Source of the DNA: Ancylonema sp.
Taxonomy: Eukaryota
DNA length: 47,884 nucleotides
Assembly (NCBI GenBank): GCA_050230475.1
Contig: JBFLGF010000217.1
Location: forward strand, 1 to 47,884
Reading direction: 5' to 3'
Shown here: piece after piece, positions 1 through 13,070 of the stretch
Position numbering within the stretch: the stretch's first letter is position 1
Layout of the letters: the number at the start of each line of letters is the position of its first letter
Made by a program: the position numbers and the translations under genes
Notes under the pieces: generated by a model
The model's database searches: none
The model's input: the letters and a program-made list of their open reading frames with translations, nothing else
Told to the model about the DNA's origin: nothing

Positions 1-30
1 AGAGAGAGAGAGAGAGAGGGAGAAAGTAAG
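1..30. repeat. (AG)n microsatellite / purine tract, probably in an RRP4 intron
   Basis: agagagagag agagagaggg at the window start. Confidence 0.8.
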
Positions 31-312
31 AGGAAGTAGACAAGTAGAAGAAACGAGTTGAAGAATGAAGAGAGACCAGTGATGCAAATAATTGCCAAAG
101 AAGGGAGAGGCTCATCTCAGAAGTGCTTTTAGCTCTCCGATGGCCAGATGTCACCATTTCAATTAACTTTTAAAAAACTGAAATATTTGATTGTCAAGAT
201 TGGGACAGGAAGAGTAGCGACAAAAAAAGAAGGGCAGACCTTGACTCTAGTTTTAGGTCGAACCATATTTGAGAGCAGATAAGTAGATCTCGTTACCAGG
301 CATCAGTCGTAC

Positions 313-2010
313 CTTGCCATACTTGACACTTCTTGTATGAATGGTGGCAGACCCGTCTTGATGAGAGCTCTGAATCTCAGCCTGCAAAACAAAAGCGATT
401 AAGCTCTCTCCAGATAAAGTTTCAAATACAATGTGCTCCAATTGTATCTTGAGTAACATAGTCTTGGGTTCACTGAAAGGAAGAAAGAAATTGAATGAGA
501 TGGCTGCAAGGGACTAGAAAGGAAGCTATAGGGGAGCTGGAAAGGATAAAAGAGGTATCCAATTAACAAGTTGTATCAACTGCAAAATGAGTGGACAGGG
601 CAGGCACACAGATGAGAAGAAAAAAGGGAATGTCAGCCACAAGAGTTATGGCAATCGTACACTGAGTAAGTCTCCTTCAGTGTACAACGATCGCATGTTC
701 AACTCATCCACCGCTGTTCTTCGTCTCTGCATAACAACCAATGTTTCAGCTCCATAAGACACTCAAGAAGGCGCTCATTTCTTACTCCATAGCAACCAAA
801 ATTGGTAGACCAATGCAGGAGTTGAACAATGAATGTTTCACATGAACAGATTCTTGCCAGAAAAGTTGCTTGCCAGAAGTTGCTGCATCATATGCATCAT
901 GCTGCCTTCCTGACTCAGAAGCAATCATCTGTGAGCTACCTGAATGCCTCCTGGGAGGTTGACTGCAGAAAGCAATAGTTGAGCCCCTTGGGGAGCATTG
1001 ATGTCAATCTTCCATCTTTTTTCTGCCACCTTACACGAAATGCACAACCCAGGATCGATTCTCAGCACATCGTGCATTAATCAAACAGACACATAGTCCT
1101 CCCAGAACAACTGAAACAATTCGCTACTCACAGTTGAAAAGAATCCGTTTTGTACGTAGGCAAATTAAAGAGAGAGACTAATACTGTAATGGAGACCGTT
1201 TCGGATTCTATGATGACAACAAACGCATTCAGTAACAATATGGTAAATAAGAGAGACAGTGGTGAGAAGGTTGTCACCTCCGTCACTCTGCCAACAACTA
1301 CATCCCCAGTCTCAGGCGTGTATCTGAAAATTTATGAAGAGGGAGAACATGGGCGAGCATCAGTTGCATGGCATGATGTTTATGGTGTGACCTTTCACAG
1401 CATTTATTTTTTCGATGTCTTATTCTGAATGAGTGAGTAATTTCACATCCTTGATCATGCAACACATCCATGCCTGTGATAATTGGTGTGGCATCCTCTG
1501 ATGTCTCTGCAGTTGTGACTTGACCAATTTACTTTCTTCTCCTCGAACAATAGAACCTCGAACACTTGCCGCCCAGCTGAGAGCAAAGGTCGGCACAAAG
1601 CAAGGGGCACTGTGACTGCCTGACCGAGACAGATGAGCTCACCTGCTTTTGAAGGGCCGAACGGATATGAGCTTGTTCACTCTCTCAATAGTTCCGCAGA
1701 CGGTTGCTGTCAGCTTGCCATCTTGCGTGAGCTGCGTGCCATGCCCCCTACATTCCATCGTACGGGCATATCAGCCACCAAATATGGCCGAAGATTGTCG
1801 AAGTACGTGCAGATCAAAGAGAATAGAGGCCAAAACCAATTTGAGATAGCAAGGCAGGATGTACCTGAGAAAACCAGACTGTTCGTCCACTCCAATGAAG
1901 TCTCCAACTGTGACAAATGTGGACTCGTGAATAGTGGATTCCAGATTGAAGGAGCTCTTTCCACCTAATCTATCACCATCTGCCTCGTGCTTCATTGATG
2001 ATAGCGCCAT
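313..2010 (-). CDS. RRP4: Exosome complex component RRP4 (EXOSC2), 5' part; remaining exons lie left of the window
   Basis: GT-AG exons 2010-1865, 1747-1643, ~1323-1278, 1029-940, 726-661 and 381-313 splice to ...VTVGDFIGVDEQSGFLRGHGTQLTQDGKLTATVCGTIERVNKLISVRPFKSRYTPETGDVVVGRVTEVAEKRWKIDINAPQGAQLLLSAVNLPGGIQRRRTAVDELNMRSLYTEGDLLSAEIQSSHQDGSATIHTRSVKYGK. This matches the RRP4 N-terminal/S1 motifs (RGHGT, RYxPExGD, LPGGIQRRR, RSxKYGK). Confidence 0.93.
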
Positions 2011-2682
2011 TGTTCAGGGTGTATGTTTAAAGAGCACTGACGGTATTCTCAACAAGCATCTCGTAACAGCCAAATCTCTACATTCCTCAATTGGAGGATT
2101 TGGCAAGTCCAGTAGGACGATAAAAATAACCAGGAGTCCGTCAATTTTACAGCCACTCTCCACACCAGAAAAACTACAGCTGCGAGTAAATCTACGAAAG
2201 ACTCTACTCGGAGGCTGCCAGTAACCAAGAACCGATAACACAGGTCCTACAGAAAGTCGGAGGGGTTGCTTGCTAAAGCAGTGTGCCGTAATCACCAGCG
2301 GATGAGGGGGCATTCTACATTGTGCCAGTTTAGAAAGGCGCAAATGAGTAACTCATTTGCGCCAGATATTGCGTATGATACTGCAGCCAAGCTGTCATTG
2401 TCTGTCCAACTGTCTCGGTCTCTGTCGAACCTCCACTCCGCATTCTCCCGGTTGGCAACTAGATTTCTCTCTGCTTGATAATAACGATCAGACCACGCTC
2501 GGGTTGCATGCCAAGAAAATATATTTAGAGTGTGATAGTCTGCTCGACGTTTAGTTACCGTCTCAAATCAGCAGGATTCATACTTTAGATCGCCGCAGCT
2601 GCAATTTGTAGTCGGTCATCACATATTTCTGGCACAAAAAACATCTGGAACGCTTGTCCATCATCAATTCTCTAATTTTGAA

Positions 2683-5481
2683 ATGATAACGGCTAGACGC
2701 TCACCCTCCGTACTCTCTAGCATTTTCCGCCTCTCCAGATGTATAAGTCAATCAGCCGCTGGCTCCACCACGTTAGGTGAATCTCCGCTTAGCAATGCTG
2801 ACTCGCCAGCTGCCCGCGCCGCAGACTGGGCCGTACAGAATGCGCCTCGAAATGACTGGAGCCGGGAAGAGATCCAAGGCATCTATGACTCACCACTTAT
2901 GGACCTCATCTTACACGGGGTAAAAACCGTTTGAGAGGATTCCAATGTCTGAAAATTCACTGGGAACCACAAATTTTGACCACATAAACTAGAAATGCTT
3001 TATCTCAAACTTCTCTCCGAATAAAGATCTAAACTCAGTTCAATTTTCAGCGAGACTTCCTACAGATGCAAGTGAATTATGCATTGCTGCATCATATTGT
3101 TTGGTGAACGACAGAATCACAACAAATACTGACTGCCAAGCACACAATGTAAGGGGGCACAAATATATTCATATCATATGTATTAAATGCAGACTCACGT
3201 CCCCAGAGGCAGGCATTCATATGTCATGTCATCGTGTCAATATATACATCTTAGCACTTGGAACACCAAACATCACTCTTCATCTGAGATTCATCTTTCG
3301 ACTCGGAAGTATAATACGCTGGGCCAGACTATGATCGAATACTAAATCCATTCTTTGTGAACCAGCTATGGAGTATGGGAACTGTTTGCATCATGATGTG
3401 AACCGCATTCTGGAGACTGAGACCGCAGACTTGACACCTTGTCGTTTTCTTGCAGGCACGTGTCCACAGGTCCAAGCATCGCTTCAGGGAGGTGCAGCAG
3501 TGCACTCTGCTCTCCATAAAAACAGGCGGTTGCTCCGAAGACTGTTCCTACTGTCCACAATCCTCCCGCTACAATACTCCCGTCTCTGCCTCTAAGATGC
3601 TTCCAGATAACACCATCCTGGAAGCTGCTCGGAAGGTGCGGACGAGTCACCTCTCAACCGACCACAAAAAATATTTTGCAACATCTGGATGACATACATT
3701 CACACTCAAGTGTTCTTTCACTCATTTAATACACATCATGTCTGCAGTTGCAGCTTCTGCCTCTAGCATCAGCATAAGTACTGTTGACACTGAAAAACGG
3801 TGTCAGGTATCACTTGCTCAGGCGTGGTATATGTACCTGGGGCACAATTTCGGTCTCCATGCATGTCGCAATGCATGTTACTTTTGCAGGTCTGGCCACA
3901 GAAACTTATAATCTTATTGAAATCTATACAGCTGAAATGAAAGAAAGTGGTCCTGTATTGGCAACAAGCTGCTGACATACGTCGACCAACATGACCGACG
4001 TGAAGGAGAGTGTATTCTTTATGGGCAGGCCAAGGCGGATGGCAGTACGCGATTCTGTATGGGGGCAGCATGGCGAGACACCAAGGGCCGAAAAACTCAA
4101 TTCCAACATATCCTTGACAACGTTTCAGCCATCAGGTATCAGATAGAAATGAAATCGTGGAAGATGGAAAACAGGGAAGCAGAGTCACAAATGGACTTGA
4201 AATGCAGTTGACTAATACTTATTCGGTTCAACTGCTGTTGGACTTGTTCCACCACTACCTCTCTCAATACATACAACCATTGAAAAAACTAACATCTATT
4301 TCATATATATACTACAGACCAACACTCGAATCACCGAGCAAATCGTTTCTCCCATAAATTATCTGATCATCACATGGGTGACTGGATGGTCAGGGGCATG
4401 GGAATGGAGGTCTGCTGCACTCTGGGGATGCTAGAAGAGGCCCAAGCCAAGGCCTTGAAACAGGCAGGGCTGACTGCTTACAACCACAACTTGGACACTT
4501 CTCGGGAGTTCTATCCCTCAGTGATCACCACACGCAGCTACGATGAGAGGCTGGATACTCTGGCTATGGTTCGGGCAGCTGGGATTTCGGTGTGCTCTGG
4601 TGAGAAGGAAGGGTGTGGGGGGATACAAAATGGAAATGGAAATGGAAATGGACGTGTCTATCATGCAACTTGTCACAAAACTAGTCACTTGGGATCATGC
4701 AGTCTTTGAGAGCTGCTCAGGGAGACATGTGTGGGAGTGCTATTTGAACTTTGGTCCTTCACAATTCATGTGAGAAATATGTGAATCGAGTGACAAAACA
4801 TGGCAGAGGATGCCTCTTTGGTGTTTCATCACTCGTATGCAAAGCATTCTTCCATTCACCACAACCATGTGCGTTGGAAATAGGAAAACACTATTTCACT
4901 TGATTGGTTTTGGTTGGTTGGTTGGTTTGTTGGTCGGCCGATTGGTTGGTTGGTTGTTGCTTAACCCCCTACACTTCTTCTTCAAAATTCCAGGTGGCAT
5001 CATCGGGCTGGGGGAGGCCGAAAAAGATCGAGTCGGACTGTTACATACGCTCGCAACCTTGCCAGAGCACCCTGAGAGTGTTCCCATCAACGCCCTCCTA
5101 GCAGTCCCCGGCACTCCCCTCGAGAAGCAAGAGCCAGTGAAGTGGTGGGAGATGGTTCGCATGATAGGGACTGCACGCATAGTGATGCCGGCGGCCATGG
5201 TTCGATTGAGTGCGGGAAGAGTACATTTGAAAGAATCGGAGCAAGCACTTTGCTTCATGGCGGGGGCGAATTCCATCTTCACGGGGGAGAAATTATTGAC
5301 GACTCCCAATAATGAGGCGGGAGCGGACGAGAAGATGTTTCTAAGGCTGGGATTGACTGCAAAGCCACCTAGTTTCTTAGAGGAGGAGGGTGAGGTTGAT
5401 TACATGGTTGCTCAAAGTGAGAGGGAGGTAGAGAGTGTAGAGGAGCCGAGAGAGGAACTGCGTGTGGCAAGTGCTCTATAG
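2683..5481 (+). CDS. BIO2: Biotin synthase (radical SAM), mitochondrial; 5 exons
   Basis: Exons ~2683-2919, 3456-3635, 4029-4135, 4394-4599 and 4994-5481. Motifs: CxxxCxxC ([13 protein letters not shown]), [37 protein letters not shown]. The N-terminus is rich in R/S, like a transit peptide. Confidence 0.97.
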
Positions 5482-6739
5482 TTTGGATACTAATGTGGGT
5501 GTGGGCATAGAGAGTTGGGAAGAGTAAAGTCAAGTTATTGTTAGTGTGCATAGCACGTCATATGGTGGGGAAATTTTATGCATGTCTGCATGTTAGAAGT
5601 ATCCATCCTTCGTTGCATTCACAATATATCTGTATTTCTTTCTCTTAAAGTCGAGCATTTATATGAACAACATGCTTCTCATGTTTCTTGTGGCTCATGT
5701 TACTTATGTTACTCATGTTGCATGTTACTCACGAATAACATGTTATTTAGCAAGTGGTGACTAAATAGTGGCAAGTAGGGAGTACCTCACGTCGAGCTAG
5801 TTCATCAATACGCACAATGATATCACCATAAATCGCTATGACATTTCGTACGTAGCACACCGTACCTCAAAACCGACTACTTGACAAGCATCATCCGTAT
5901 ACTACCCTCAATATTGGCCGTATGATGTTACCAATATTGACAAGTTTTGTCTTCTAAACTCCCTACCTCGATATTGCTGACTTTGAGGAGGAAGGAATGA
6001 CTTTAACCTTACACGTGAAGTGAAACGACAGTATCATTCACTCTAGAAATGACGCCCTTCTTTTCGAGAATTGAGTGCCAATTGCTCTCAAATGCAGAGT
6101 TGCATGGACGAGCACATTTCTATTGCGGATGGACCGCGCTCCGAATCCTGGAACTACCAAAGCATTCCAAAAGTACTTGCGACTATGCTCAAGTACAATG
6201 CTTTGAAGGGTCTCAACACAGAATGTTTGCTCATGTGGCAGGTTGCGCACAACAAAGCCAATTCAGACAACGTTTTTTTGTGACGAAGCTTTGAGAGTAA
6301 ACACAATTATGCATGTAAAAAAGTCGCCGCTATAATTATGCCTACAAATTCTGGCAAGTACCAAGAGTGCAACAATTGCAAATCAACCTCGTAGAAATAG
6401 CGACCTGCGTCACACTGATTGATCAGTGTGACAACTTTGTCGATTTTAGACAGGTACGGCACATCGTAGTTGCAATATGTTGTAAAGCATTTTTGCCTGA
6501 TCGAATCATAACTTCGAACAATGTCATAATAATTCGAAACTTTGTTTTGACCTCACTATAGATGCCAACGTATATACTCAATGATTTCTTCTTGTTATTG
6601 TGTCACCAAGTGATATATTTTCCAATGCTCTGACATACAACTCTCGATGCACACAATAAACATGCTTTATGGACAACAATCATGTATTCACGCGTACTAA
6701 TGTACATGACAAGCTAGATCAATGATAGATGATGCACAT

Positions 6740-7268
6740 GACCATCACTTCTCCTATATACAGTACCCATAACCACCCTCACATTCATGTCCAAACTTCC
6801 TTCCCCTTTCTACACATTCACTTCCTCCTCCATTTCCTCCTCCTTCACCTCCTTTACCCTCATCCTCCACCTCGACAACGCCTCTACAACTAACCTCACT
6901 CTCCCCCCCCACACTCCTCCTTCTAATCTGTCCTCTCTTTTTGAAAAGACCCCCCTACCACCACTCTCCTCCTCTTCTTTCTCCTCCTCCTTATCTTCCT
7001 TGAAGCTAGCAGAGAATATATCTCCCTTATCCATCCCATCACTCCCGCCCACGCCCTCCTTCACTCCATCCTCGAACTCTAGGAAGTGCTATCCAATCTC
7101 TGTATCCTACAAGGCCTCCAACTTTCCACACGCTTCCCTCACCTACTCCAGTCTCGTTGCTAACTAAAGTAGAAACTCATCGAAGCGATTCCTCTAGAGC
7201 TGAACAGTATTGTCCCATGCTCTCATGCCCCAATTGTCTACATCCCTCTTCTCTTCCTGTACCTTCAT
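6740..7268 (-). pseudogene. Decayed acidic/coiled-coil ORF interrupted by several in-frame TAG codons
   Basis: One frame reads MKVQEEKRDVDNWGMRAWDNTVQL*RNRFDEFLL*LATRLE*VREACGKLEAL*DTEIG*HFLEFEDGVKEGVGG..., continuous with ORF 6810..7064. The internal stops are TAG. Confidence 0.5.
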
Positions 7269-7485
7269 GTTCCTTCTTGTGTACATGCAACATGATGCAC
7301 ACGACACAATCAGAATCACACTAACACATGTCATGCACCTCTATTTTCACAGAAAAAAACAGTTGACTCTTTTTTTTCTTTTGAAAACCTACATGTTGAT
7401 ACTATTTCGTTCGTACCATGTTTATACACCCGAAGTACGTTACCCATAGAAAGTCTCTTACCCCACACAATTGTCAACAAGGACA

Positions 7486-8541
7486 TCATAATGTGCCACC
7501 CCTCGGTGCATATACATTCCAGTTTCTCCTTGTGACCCTTGCCTCATCTGCTGCTAGCTTTGTCGCCATTTCTTGTACATCATTTGAAAATTGCCACCTC
7601 TCTGCCTCTGTCATGTACGCAATTGTATCCTCAGACTCATCAGAAGATGATACCCCATCACCAGACTCAGCAGTAAGGGTATCTCCAGAGATATCCGAGA
7701 ATAATTCCGAATCCTCAGACTCAGCAGAGGAGGTATCTCCTGAGTCTGAGGAGGATTCCGAATCCTCAAACTCATCAGAGGAAGTTTCTCCCGAGTCTGA
7801 GGATGATTCTTCGACCCCATTCCCATCTCCATCTCCATCCCCATCCCCATCCCCATCCCCATCCCCATCCCCGTCCTCAGAGTCAGAAGAGGTGTCGTCT
7901 GGGTCTGAGTCTGAGGATGATTCACCTTCCTCAGACTCAGTGGACACATCTTCTGCACTAAGGAGTACTGCGTCTGGAAAGATGGTGTGATGGCGACCGG
8001 ATACGACCTTCGTAGCCTCTACTGGTGCGGAGGCTGTGGATTTTTTAGTAGCCCTGGCGGCCTTCGCAGCTGCACTTGCTCTGATAGTCTCACTCGCTTT
8101 CCAGGCCTCCCTCCTAGCCAGTCGTTCAGTCTGCCTCTCCATCGCCTCTTTCCTCTTCTGCCGGAAGTAATGTACTACGGTTGCATCCAGTCCAGTGAGA
8201 TCCATGCTCATGATACGATTATCTTCCGTCTCTCTGCGGATCTCGACCATCAGGATGTCTGCCTCTACCTGCTTCCTCAACAACTCTAGCGATTGCTGGT
8301 CCCATTTAGCCTGCTCGGTGAATTTCTCCATATCGGCCACAAATTTTGCCGCAGCCACCACATTTTCTGCTTCCAACTTGCTCACTTTTTCATTCAGCCT
8401 CCTGGCCCTCTTCTGGCTACGAACAGTCTCCCCACTATCCTCGGATTCCCTATCATCGACCCTCATGCTTTCTCTGGTCCCCTTCCCTCCCACGACAGAC
8501 CTAACCTTCATCATACCGTTTCCGTCTACGTGAACGTCCAC
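7486..8541 (-). CDS. Intronless ORF with a NAM-associated-like segment and an acidic low-complexity tail; probably derived from a PIF/Harbinger ORF1
   Basis: EDNRIMSMDLTGLDATVVHYFRQKRKE resembles the 'IMxxDLsgld...YF' motif of NAM-associated C-terminal domains. It is followed by S/D/E repeats and (DG)n. No transposase ORF was recognised nearby. Confidence 0.5.
   Translation of the reverse strand: MDVHVDGNGMMKVRSVVGGKGTRESMRVDDRESEDSGETVRSQKRARRLNEKVSKLEAENVVAAAKFVADMEKFTEQAKWDQQSLELLRKQVEADILMVEIRRETEDNRIMSMDLTGLDATVVHYFRQKRKEAMERQTERLARREAWKASETIRASAAAKAARATKKSTASAPVEATKVVSGRHHTIFPDAVLLSAEDVSTESEEGESSSDSDPDDTSSDSEDGDGDGDGDGDGDGDGDGNGVEESSSDSGETSSDEFEDSESSSDSGDTSSAESEDSELFSDISGDTLTAESGDGVSSSDESEDTIAYMTEAERWQFSNDVQEMATKLAADEARVTRRNWNVYAPRGGTL
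7690..7945. repeat. Coding tandem repeats: (CCCCAT)n hexamer at ~7815-7875 plus degenerate ESSSDSG(D/E)TSS units
   Basis: Seen directly: ccatccccat ccccatcccc atccccatcc, and repeated tgagtctgagga units. Confidence 0.8.
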
Positions 8542-9046
8542 GCCAACCCGAGTCTAGCCGAGATAATAGCCACAAGCGCTGCAAATATGCCTTCAAAATT
8601 ATCTTTTTTGCAAGAGCCACTCAAGGATCCAAGGAGTGTAATGTCGGGTTTTCAGCACATCCGTGCTTTAGGCACCAGATTACGGGCATCCCCAAATATG
8701 TGCCTATCACACGATAACGAAGGTTGTCCCTGTACGGCGTACGGCCCGCAAGCTGCCAAATTTCTCACGCTGGCTTGCGTTAGGTGAGGGACATGAAACG
8801 TACTGTACCTCACCGTCTTTCTCTGATTGGTTTGTGACGGGCCCTCGTGACAGTATTGTAGACACCAGATGATGATTTTGCCCTGTCAGCGGTCAATAAG
8901 TAGACGACCAGTTTGGTGCTCATCCGGAATAACCAGTTTCGTATTTGTGCAACCGTGCAAAATTTGCAAATCGATCTGCTGAGGTACATGGAAAGCGAGT
9001 CCACTTCACTTTGCCATTGCCCTCAGTAGAATATGTTTCTGATGTA

Positions 9047-12000
9047 ATGGCGGGCATGAGGAAGTGGTTGGGGGTGAGCACATTATTGGCGGCATTGGCA
9101 GCTATTCTTGCGGCTGTTGGAGCTGTCACACATGTGGCGGGAGGTGACAGCAGGTACCAGACACCACAACAGTCGGGAAAAGTGTGAAGAAGGAGGGTGG
9201 TTTATTAGCAACCATGAGCTTAGCATAAGATCTTTTGGCCTTATCTGCCGGAATACACCGACCCTGAATGACATTCACATAGAGAAAATATGTGGTTGTA
9301 GTTCGCAGAACTGTATATTGAGTGAGCCATTCGATCTCGATTAAAAAATTGATGAATGAATTCGGGTTCATCGTTCTAGCCAACTGATAGTTGCATGCAT
9401 CGTGCCTTCCCGTTGTCCATCCGATCTCATAGCCTGCTCCCCGCAGCGAAGCTCTATGCGATTAGTTAACGGCTGTTGTGCCTTGTTTGCATATACCTAG
9501 GCTCCATCCCCACCCTCGAGAAATCCCCTCTGTCTGTTCCTGCGATGACGAGATGTACGCTTTGGATGAAGGGGTCGCCAGATGCCAGCTGGCCAGTGAC
9601 TTCCTCATAGCTCTGGCCTACTTCAGCATCCCTCTGGAACTGCTCTACTTTTTCCTGCGCTCCAAAGTGCTGCCACATCGCTGGGTGCTGCTCCAGTTCG
9701 GACTCTTCATCGTCCTCTGCGGTACTGTCCTCTCCCTCCTGCTTCTCATAACCCTTTTTCCCAGCCAGATTTGCGAGCATGTAGTGATGTGAGGGTTATG
9801 GTGTGTGTGCAGGATTGACTCATCTGGTCGCCCTATGGACGTACTCCACCCACTCGCGCCAGGTGGCGATCACACAGACCGTCCTGAAAGTGCTCACGGC
9901 AGCGGTGTCATGTGCCACTGCCTTCCTCCTCATCCGCATCATACCCGTGCTTCTCAACATCAAGGTAAGACCGGGACCCAGCCTAGGGGATGCACAAGAC
10001 CCTGCCAGATAACCCTGCCTCACCTCCCACCCCACCCCTGCCTCGCTCCCTTCCTATCAGGTTCGGGAGCTGTTCCTGCAACACAAGGCTGCTGAGCTGG
10101 ACCGTGAGATGGGCGTGATCCGACGGCAGGAGGAGATGGGTCGATGTGTACGCATGCTGACTCACGAAATCCGATCCTCCATCGATCGCCACACCATACT
10201 GGAAACCACACTAGTGGAGCTGGCCGACACTCTGAACCTAGAGAACTGCACGGTGTGGATGCCAAATGCCAGCCGGACGCACCTGGACCTAACGCATGAA
10301 CAGGAACGGCGTATGGTACAAGTACCCTTATCCGTACCTTCCTCAGACCCCACAGTACAGGCAGTCATAGCAACCCCCCGAGCTGTACGTATCCCCCACT
10401 ACAGCCCCCTGGGGGAGGCGTCTGCTCTGAGGTCTCAGGAGGAGTGTGCCATGGCTGCAGTAAGACTGCCTCTGCTCCACGTGTATGAATCAGAGGGGAG
10501 AGGAGTAGAGCAGCAGTATGCGATCATGGTGCTGGTGCTCCCTGGGGATGCGAAAAGGGGGTGGAAACCTCAGCAGGTGGAGATGGTGGAGGTGGTTGCT
10601 GACCAGGTGGCAGTGGCTTTATCACACGCGGCTGTTTTGGAGGAGTCTCACCGCACACGTGACCAGTTAGTGGAGCAACACAGACGGTTACAGGTGGCGA
10701 GGATCAAGGCAGAGACAGCTGTACGCACGCGAAATGATTTCCTAGCGGTCATGAACCACGAACTGAGGACTCCCTTACAGGCAGTCATAGCCTTGGCGTC
10801 TATATTACAGGAGCAGGGGCTGGGGCAAGAGCAGATGCCGATGGTGGAAACCATTCTCAAGTCCTCCTCCCTCCTCTCTACTCTCACCAGCGACGTGCTG
10901 AGGTTCTCACGCTTAGAGGAGGGGGAGGTGAAGCTGGACCACGCGCCCTTCAATCTCCCAGCTCTCTTCCAGGAGGCTGGCAAGCTGGCCTGGCCCATGG
11001 CTCGCGGCAAGGGGCTTGAGTTCTCGCTACAGATGGATGAGCTACCTTCACGTGTGGTAGGTGACGAGAAACGACTCCTCCAAACGCTACTCAATGTCGT
11101 CGGGAATGCCGTCAAAAACACCACCCAGGGGTCTGTCACCATAAAAGTGGGACTGGAGTTCCCTACCAGTCCCAGGGATCCCGGTAGACCTTCTTGGGAG
11201 GCAGAGGCGAGTGACAGGCACTGTCTGGTGAGGGTGGAGGTGAGGGATACGGGGAAGGGGCTGGAGGAGGGGGAGGTGGCGACGCAGGTCAGGCACTTTG
11301 GGATCGGGAGGATGGCGGCGCAGCCGATGGAGGAGGGGATGGGGCTGGGGCTGGCCATATGCCAACGGTTTGTGGAGGTGAGAGGGGGGGGGAGAGGGGG
11401 GAGGCATTCATGCTTGCAAAGATCATGCTAACACAGCTGCTTATCTCTTTTTGTGTTCTCACTCTCTCTTACACTCCCTGTCCTGATGTCATGCCCACAA
11501 CTGTTAGTGAGAGTGAATGATCGGTGCATAAGAGAAAAAAGTCCACATACCCAACAGGATTTTTTCTTGAAATCAAAATGAATAAGTGAGTGGTGAGTGC
11601 GAAAAGAATGATGACCGCCAGAATGAATTAAAAAGTGACAAATGAAGCACACAAACAAACAAAAATGCGGAGGATGTTTGTGGGTTCAGTTGATGGACGG
11701 CCACATTTGGATCACGAGCGGCGGCGTGGGGCGTGGCTCAGTGGTCACCTTCATCATCAAACTGCAACTAGACACGGAAGTGAGGAGGAGGGAGGAGGTG
11801 AAATCTATCGCCGACCAATTCTCCCGCGATCTCGGAGGGCTCCGGGTCATGGTGGTGGACGACCACCGGGTGAATCGGGAGGTGGAGAAGGCTTTATTGG
11901 AGGCGTTGGGTTGCACCGTGACTGCGGTGGGCAGTGCGGTGGAGTGTTTGTCGGAGATCCAGGCGCACAGGGGACTTCCGTTTGATGCGGTGGTGCTTGA

Positions 12001-12564
12001 CATATGCATGCCGCAAATCGATGGTTTCCAACTCGCGTCCTCTCTACACGAAATGTTTAGGTGAGGAGGCCGGAGGGGGGGGCTGGGTGGCGGGGTGGGA
12101 TGGGGAGAGCGGGATGTGTGGGGAATGAGGGATAAGGGATGAGAGGAGTAAAGGGGCGGTGGAGTTGAGACATGGGTTTGGAATGAAAGGAAGGGACGGT
12201 GGTTGGGAAAGAGTGGCCGAAGATGGCATTAGGGTTATGATTACTATTGCTCGAGGAGATTGGAATTTGGAATGTATGACAAGTGATTGACGAGAAAACA
12301 TGATTTGAGGTCAATGAGTAATTAATTAAAGTGATTAATTGCTGAATAGTGAATTGTGAATGGTGTATGGTGACTGACTTGTGGCGGATGAGTTTGTGCA
12401 GACCGGATGAGAGGCCGTTAATTGTCGGGCTGACTGCTAGAACGGAGGATGGGATCGAGGAGGCTTGCAAGGAAGCAGGGATGGATACTGTGCTTCTAAA
12501 GCCTTCTTCACTGAGAGAGATCGGAACCACATTTCTAGAATTGGTCAAGGCAAGGACGAGTTAG
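9047..12564 (+). CDS. ETR1: Ethylene receptor (N-terminal hydrophobic segment, 3 TM, GAF, His kinase, receiver); 6 exons
   Basis: Exons 9047-9153, 9501-9721, 9813-9964, 10061-11377, 11690-12060 and 12402-12564, all with compatible phases. Motifs: CSC dimer motif, [25 protein letters not shown] (Cu/ethylene-binding Cys and His), [11 protein letters not shown]-box [30 protein letters not shown], receiver LDICMP. The family call is firm; orthology to ETR1 specifically is not. Confidence 0.95.
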
Positions 12565-13027
12565 AGAGTGGAAGAGGTTAGGTCGTCATTTTGAGCTAGG
12601 GCTGAAAGGATCCTTACAAATGTTGTATAATGGGTTCGGAAATAATGCAAGTAAAGAAAGGGGAAGGATAGGACCTATGGGTTTTAGTCATTGCATCCTT
12701 GTAAAATGTATCGGTCACACAACATGGATACTAATAAAATTTACGAGCAATTTATCGAGTAGGGAAGCTAGCACACATTTGTACATGTCTAGAGTCCATG
12801 AAGCATCAATGTACTAAGTTTGTACAAACGACAACCATGTGATCCTATGTCAGAACTTCAATTTCATCAAAGGATTGTCGACATAGTCAATGTATCACAT
12901 ATGTGTAACAAATTCAAATCAAAACGTGGTGGCTCCATCGTCTATTTTGCTTGTCTGTTGTCATTTGTCGTATGCATAGTGCTCTAGAGCGGGGTCCATC
13001 CGGTTCCGAAAATAAAAAGTGTTGTGT

Positions 13028-13070
13028 GCAACCTTATTGTTGTATGCCAACTTATTGTTGTATGCCAACA
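13028..13070. repeat. 18-bp tandem repeat (CAACTTATTGTTGTATGC) x~2.3
   Basis: gcaaccttattgttgtatgccaacttattgttgtatgccaaca. Confidence 0.7.

Noticed and set aside
7418..7990. 190-aa Ser/Pro-rich + strand ORF
   Set aside because: Antisense shadow of the low-complexity tail of ORF 7486..8541.
10648..11358. 236-aa minus-strand ORF
   Set aside because: Antisense shadow of the GC-rich ethylene receptor exon.
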